DNA of 55,087 nt, filler included, from Sluysia triapertura (Eukaryota), in NCBI GenBank assembly GCA_046118255.1. It is 4 parts of 4 records of this genome, joined end to end, with 100 filler letters (N's around TTAATTAATTAA, not from the genome) between each part and the next. Parts side by side here need not be neighbours in the genome. Positions count along the whole stretch, not along the records: positions 42,363 to 55,087 come from JBJNIA010086248.1; 3 more parts are not named here. One strand, given 5' to 3'. The notes below the pieces were generated by a model. The model did not search any database and had not been told where the DNA came from. It saw only the letters and a list, made by a program, of their open reading frames with translations. The translations under genes and the position numbers were made by a program. Numbering within the stretch: position 1 is the first letter of the stretch; every line of letters begins with the position of its first letter. Shown piece after piece: positions 53,430-55,087 of the stretch.

Positions 53430-53620
53430 CTATTTCGCCTACGACAATTTCGGTTCTCCGCTGCATATGATTTTGGTGCTTATCGTTTAATATTGGTTAT
53501 CGGCTTTACAATTATATTTCTTATTATTCAACGATTAATTATTCGCCTCGCACGATTTTGGTGCTTATCGTCTAACATTGGTTATCAGCTTCACAATTTT
53601 GGTTTACAACTCACTTATCG
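53430..53620. repeat. Degenerate tandem repeat (about 85-bp duplication with shorter sub-repeat)
   Basis: GATTTTGGTGCTTATCGT...ATTGGTTATCxGCTTxACAATT occurs twice. Confidence 0.8.
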
Positions 53621-54310
53621 TAATTCTATTGGTGGTGGGACGTAATCCTATTACGTTCCCAGATTATCAAAAATTGCATTAGAATCATTACGTTGCCTAT
53701 AGGTTTTTAATAAATAGGATTTTAGCCTCATTTACCTGAAGGATAACTTGACCACTTAAAATCATTTATTCTGACGCTGGTTTAGGCTATTGATAAAATA
53801 TTTTTTAAAAATTAATTACTGTTGTCATTAAAGGTAAAGCTCTAATGAGATAGCATTAATTATTATTTTGTCTCTATATGTAAAATGTATAGTCCAGTTT
53901 ATTCAAAGCGGAATATTAGTCTAAAGTTTATGTGCATAGATTTTATTTCATGCATTTTGAATAGATTTTGAAATTAATAATTGTTATAAATTTTAATAAT
54001 TACCTATTTTTAAAAATGAAAAAAATTATATTATTCAAATACAAATATTTATTTACGTATAATATTTAAATTTCTATTTAAATTTTAATTATTTAAATTT
54101 TTGTTAAATCGATATTAAAAATTTTGTTTGAAATTATATCTATAAGGTCAAATTCATTATCTAAAATACTTATTATACGAAAATTATAAACTAATAGAAA
54201 ATATCAGAAAATAAGACGTCAGATAGTAAATAAGCTCATCAAAATTTATCATTTACAAATAAATTTAATTATTTCTACTTCTACAAAACTTATTTTATAA
54301 TTATTTATTG

Positions 54311-54395
54311 ACCTCCATCGAATACTAAATTCCTTTAAAAAATCTAACGGTTTAGTCATAACCATAAGCCAAGGTATGTTTGTGAACTCACATTC
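54311..54395 (+). repeat. Dispersed repeat family A, copy 4 (diverged)
   Basis: ACCTCCA...AAATCTAACGGTTTAGTCATAACCATAAGCCAAGGTATGTTTGTGAACTCAC. Confidence 0.7.
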
Positions 54396-55087
54396 TTTTA
54401 TTATGTTAATTTAATCATTTTATATATATATTGTTCGCTTTTCTTAGCTTGAACAATTATGAAAGTTGCAAAAAATTGGGTTCGCCTACGTAGTTCGGTT
54501 TATCTTAAAAGAAAGGACGCCTACGTAGGAAATGATGAAAGAATTTGATAAAGAGGGTCGCTACTACGAAGTATGTGCTAATTAGTTATATCTTACAAAC
54601 TATTATATAAAGATTCTCGAATACTGTGACTCAAATATTACACTTTCTAACTTAATTTTGATTTTAAGCTCAATAAAACTTTATAACTTGCCTTTTCACA
54701 ATCTTTCTAACGAGACAAATTTATAACAAATAATGATAAATTTATTATATAACAAATAAATAAATAAAAAGAAACAATTTATACAAGTTAATATGTATAT
54801 AATATTCAAAAAACAAGTTTAAAACTAATTTAACCCAGAGATAATCTTTGGGTATTAAATATTAAAGTTTTTGAGTATATATTGACGCATATATTATTGC
54901 GAATAACCTAAAAATAAATAGAATACTTATTAATCATCATTTATAATTCCGATGTAAATCCGAATAGTTTTCGTTAATTTCCAAATCGATCTAAATTATT
55001 GCGAGTTTTCTTCTTATTCTTCTTGATCAATGAAATAAATTTCTCTGTTTTCGATTTCGAAATACTCCTTGAATAAATTCTTGAAAT

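Overview
Very AT-rich eukaryotic DNA, probably from an animal (inferred from SLC28-, CUB/EGF- and Ig-like fragments and spliceosomal introns). Four contigs are joined by artificial 100-nt linkers (N44-TTAATTAATTAA-N44). Almost all short ORFs in the supplied track are spurious. By manual translation, the window is mostly decayed transposons (LINE and Ty3/gypsy pol fragments, pogo/Tigger, Tc1/IS630, piggyBac, hAT, MITEs), plus several unnamed dispersed repeat families and scattered host-gene relics. The clearest host gene is a glutathione peroxidase (GPx) with two intact, phase-compatible exons (19654-19796, 21693-21777). No intact catalytic Sec/Cys exon is visible, and a GC-rich structured element lies just upstream. 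Other leads: a four-copy repeat with a compensatory-change hairpin, a split PIN-like ORF pair joinable by a 22-nt GT-AG intron, an ORF bridged by a single in-frame UGA, and a nucleoside-transporter relic between inverted repeat copies. All protein calls come from motifs recognised by eye, not database searches. I found no definitive novel system; the findings are hypotheses.
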